Source of the DNA: a virus
IMG/VR virus record: IMGVR_UViG_3300048592_001371
Span: 59,554-123,553 of that record
Length of the DNA: 64,000 bases
Direction: 5' to 3' (one strand)
The position numbers and the translations under genes were made by a program. Positions 62,936-64,000 of the stretch are shown here, in pieces (within the stretch, counting starts at the first letter, position 1; each line of letters begins with the position of its first letter). Below the pieces are notes generated by a model. That model worked only from the letters and a program-made list of their open reading frames with translations, was not told where the DNA came from and did no database searches.

Positions 62936-64000
62936 ATGAAATTTCGTATCAAAGTGAAGCAACTGGACGATGCGATCAAAACCATCGAAGGAATCCTTCG
63001 TCCAGAGCATATCTCCGTCGTCGTGAAGAAAGACGGATTGCTGGTGGGTGGCCAGAGCGGAGGCAAGGTACTCCTTCTCAAAGTACCCGCCGATGTCGAG
63101 AAGGCCGGCGAGTTCTCTGTCCATATCTTGATTCTGAAGAACGTGATCAAGTCGCGAGCCGAGATGGAATTTTCCGTGGAGGAAGACGAGGCCACGGTCA
63201 ACTTCAAGAGCAAGAACTACAAGGGTGACTTCTGCACCATTCCCTACGAGGAAGTCAAACTCGACTCGAAGCAGGACGCTGTCAAGATCGAGGGCGAACA
63301 ACAGGAAGCCATAGCCCGAGGCCTGTCTTCAATTGCTATCACCAACGTCCATGACCAGAATCCGGTCATGATGGGAATGAAGCTGTCGGACAAGGGATTG
63401 ACCCTGGTAGGCTTTGACAACCATCACGTTGCGTGCTACCGCACCAAGAAGGTGAAGTCGAAGAAGCCGCTGTCCTTGACCCTGTCGTCAGAAACATTCT
63501 CCACGATAGCGACGCTTGCGAAGAAGAACACCTATTCCTTGGTGATGACAGAGAACACGTTGCAGGCCTGGAACAAGGAATTCAACTTTGTCACACCACT
63601 GGTACAAGCAGATGCCGGTACCGGTGTGACGTTGGACAACGCGCTAAAGTTGCTCGCTGGTCTGGAAAGCGAGACGAGCGCCACGGTCAAGACCGAGGAG
63701 TTCCGCAAGATCATCGAGAACTCAGCCTCGGTACATGAATCGGGAATTTCCCTGCACCTCCAGGGTGAGTCCGGCAAGCTCAGTGCCTCGATGAAATCGG
63801 GTATTGGCAAGATCAAGGCACTGCTTGAATCAAAAGTCAAAGGCAAGTTTGACGTTCAAATCGATCCCGCGTTGGCACAGGATATCATTGCGCTAATCAA
63901 AACGGCAGATGTGGGGCTCCATGTGTTCCGAGGCAAGGTTTTGTGGATCAAGATAGAAGACAAGCATGGCCAAAACATCTACACGTCACTCCTCGTCTAG
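62936..64000 (+). CDS. dnaN: DNA sliding clamp, DnaN/beta-like
   Basis: 354 aa. MKFRI....L..AI, V...GEFSV and LVGFDNHHVA (cf. beta-clamp VATDGHRLA). Ends with TAG at 64000. Confidence 0.75.
   Translation: MKFRIKVKQLDDAIKTIEGILRPEHISVVVKKDGLLVGGQSGGKVLLLKVPADVEKAGEFSVHILILKNVIKSRAEMEFSVEEDEATVNFKSKNYKGDFCTIPYEEVKLDSKQDAVKIEGEQQEAIARGLSSIAITNVHDQNPVMMGMKLSDKGLTLVGFDNHHVACYRTKKVKSKKPLSLTLSSETFSTIATLAKKNTYSLVMTENTLQAWNKEFNFVTPLVQADAGTGVTLDNALKLLAGLESETSATVKTEEFRKIIENSASVHESGISLHLQGESGKLSASMKSGIGKIKALLESKVKGKFDVQIDPALAQDIIALIKTADVGLHVFRGKVLWIKIEDKHGQNIYTSLLV

Noticed and set aside
1-64000. Stop-codon reassignment, tRNA genes, integrase or IS elements
   Set aside because: Genes are intact in the standard code and use all three stops. 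No cloverleaf, transposase or integrase was recognised by eye; tRNAscan was not run.

Overview
This window is a gene-dense segment of a large lytic dsDNA myovirus, almost all on the + strand. The two-component spanin indicates a Gram-negative host. The gene content is a family-A DNA polymerase with a UDG-like N-terminus, a DnaN-like clamp, a DnaX-like loader, primase, gp32-like SSB, RecA, SbcCD, RuvC, topoisomerase IB, a SNF2 helicase, a sigma factor and PAAR. That set resembles the jumbo myovirus group of Erwinia Y3, Pseudomonas Lu11/PaBG and Ralstonia RSL1 (inference from gene content, no search run). Order along the window: a biosynthetic trio (PP-loop amide ligase, fold-III PLP decarboxylase, APS kinase); lysis and fibre genes; primase; a ~680-bp structured non-coding region; a 7-deazaguanine cluster (QueD, TGT/DpdA-like, possible degenerate QueF-like T-fold, HPRT, QueE); replication, recombination and nucleotide-metabolism genes; a head/virion block; helicase, polymerase and clamp. 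The best leads are: (1) the atypical deazaguanine cluster with an embedded phosphoribosyltransferase; (2) an SSB with a ~200-aa alternating acidic/basic tail, near an H1-like protein; (3) anti-defence genes (Acb1 and two tandem Tad2/DUF2829 fusions); (4) a shared N-terminal motif that may target proteins to the capsid; (5) a TGTAAATA promoter set matching a sigma factor that seems to lack region 4; (6) several candidate structured RNAs. All assignments come from motif recognition by eye.
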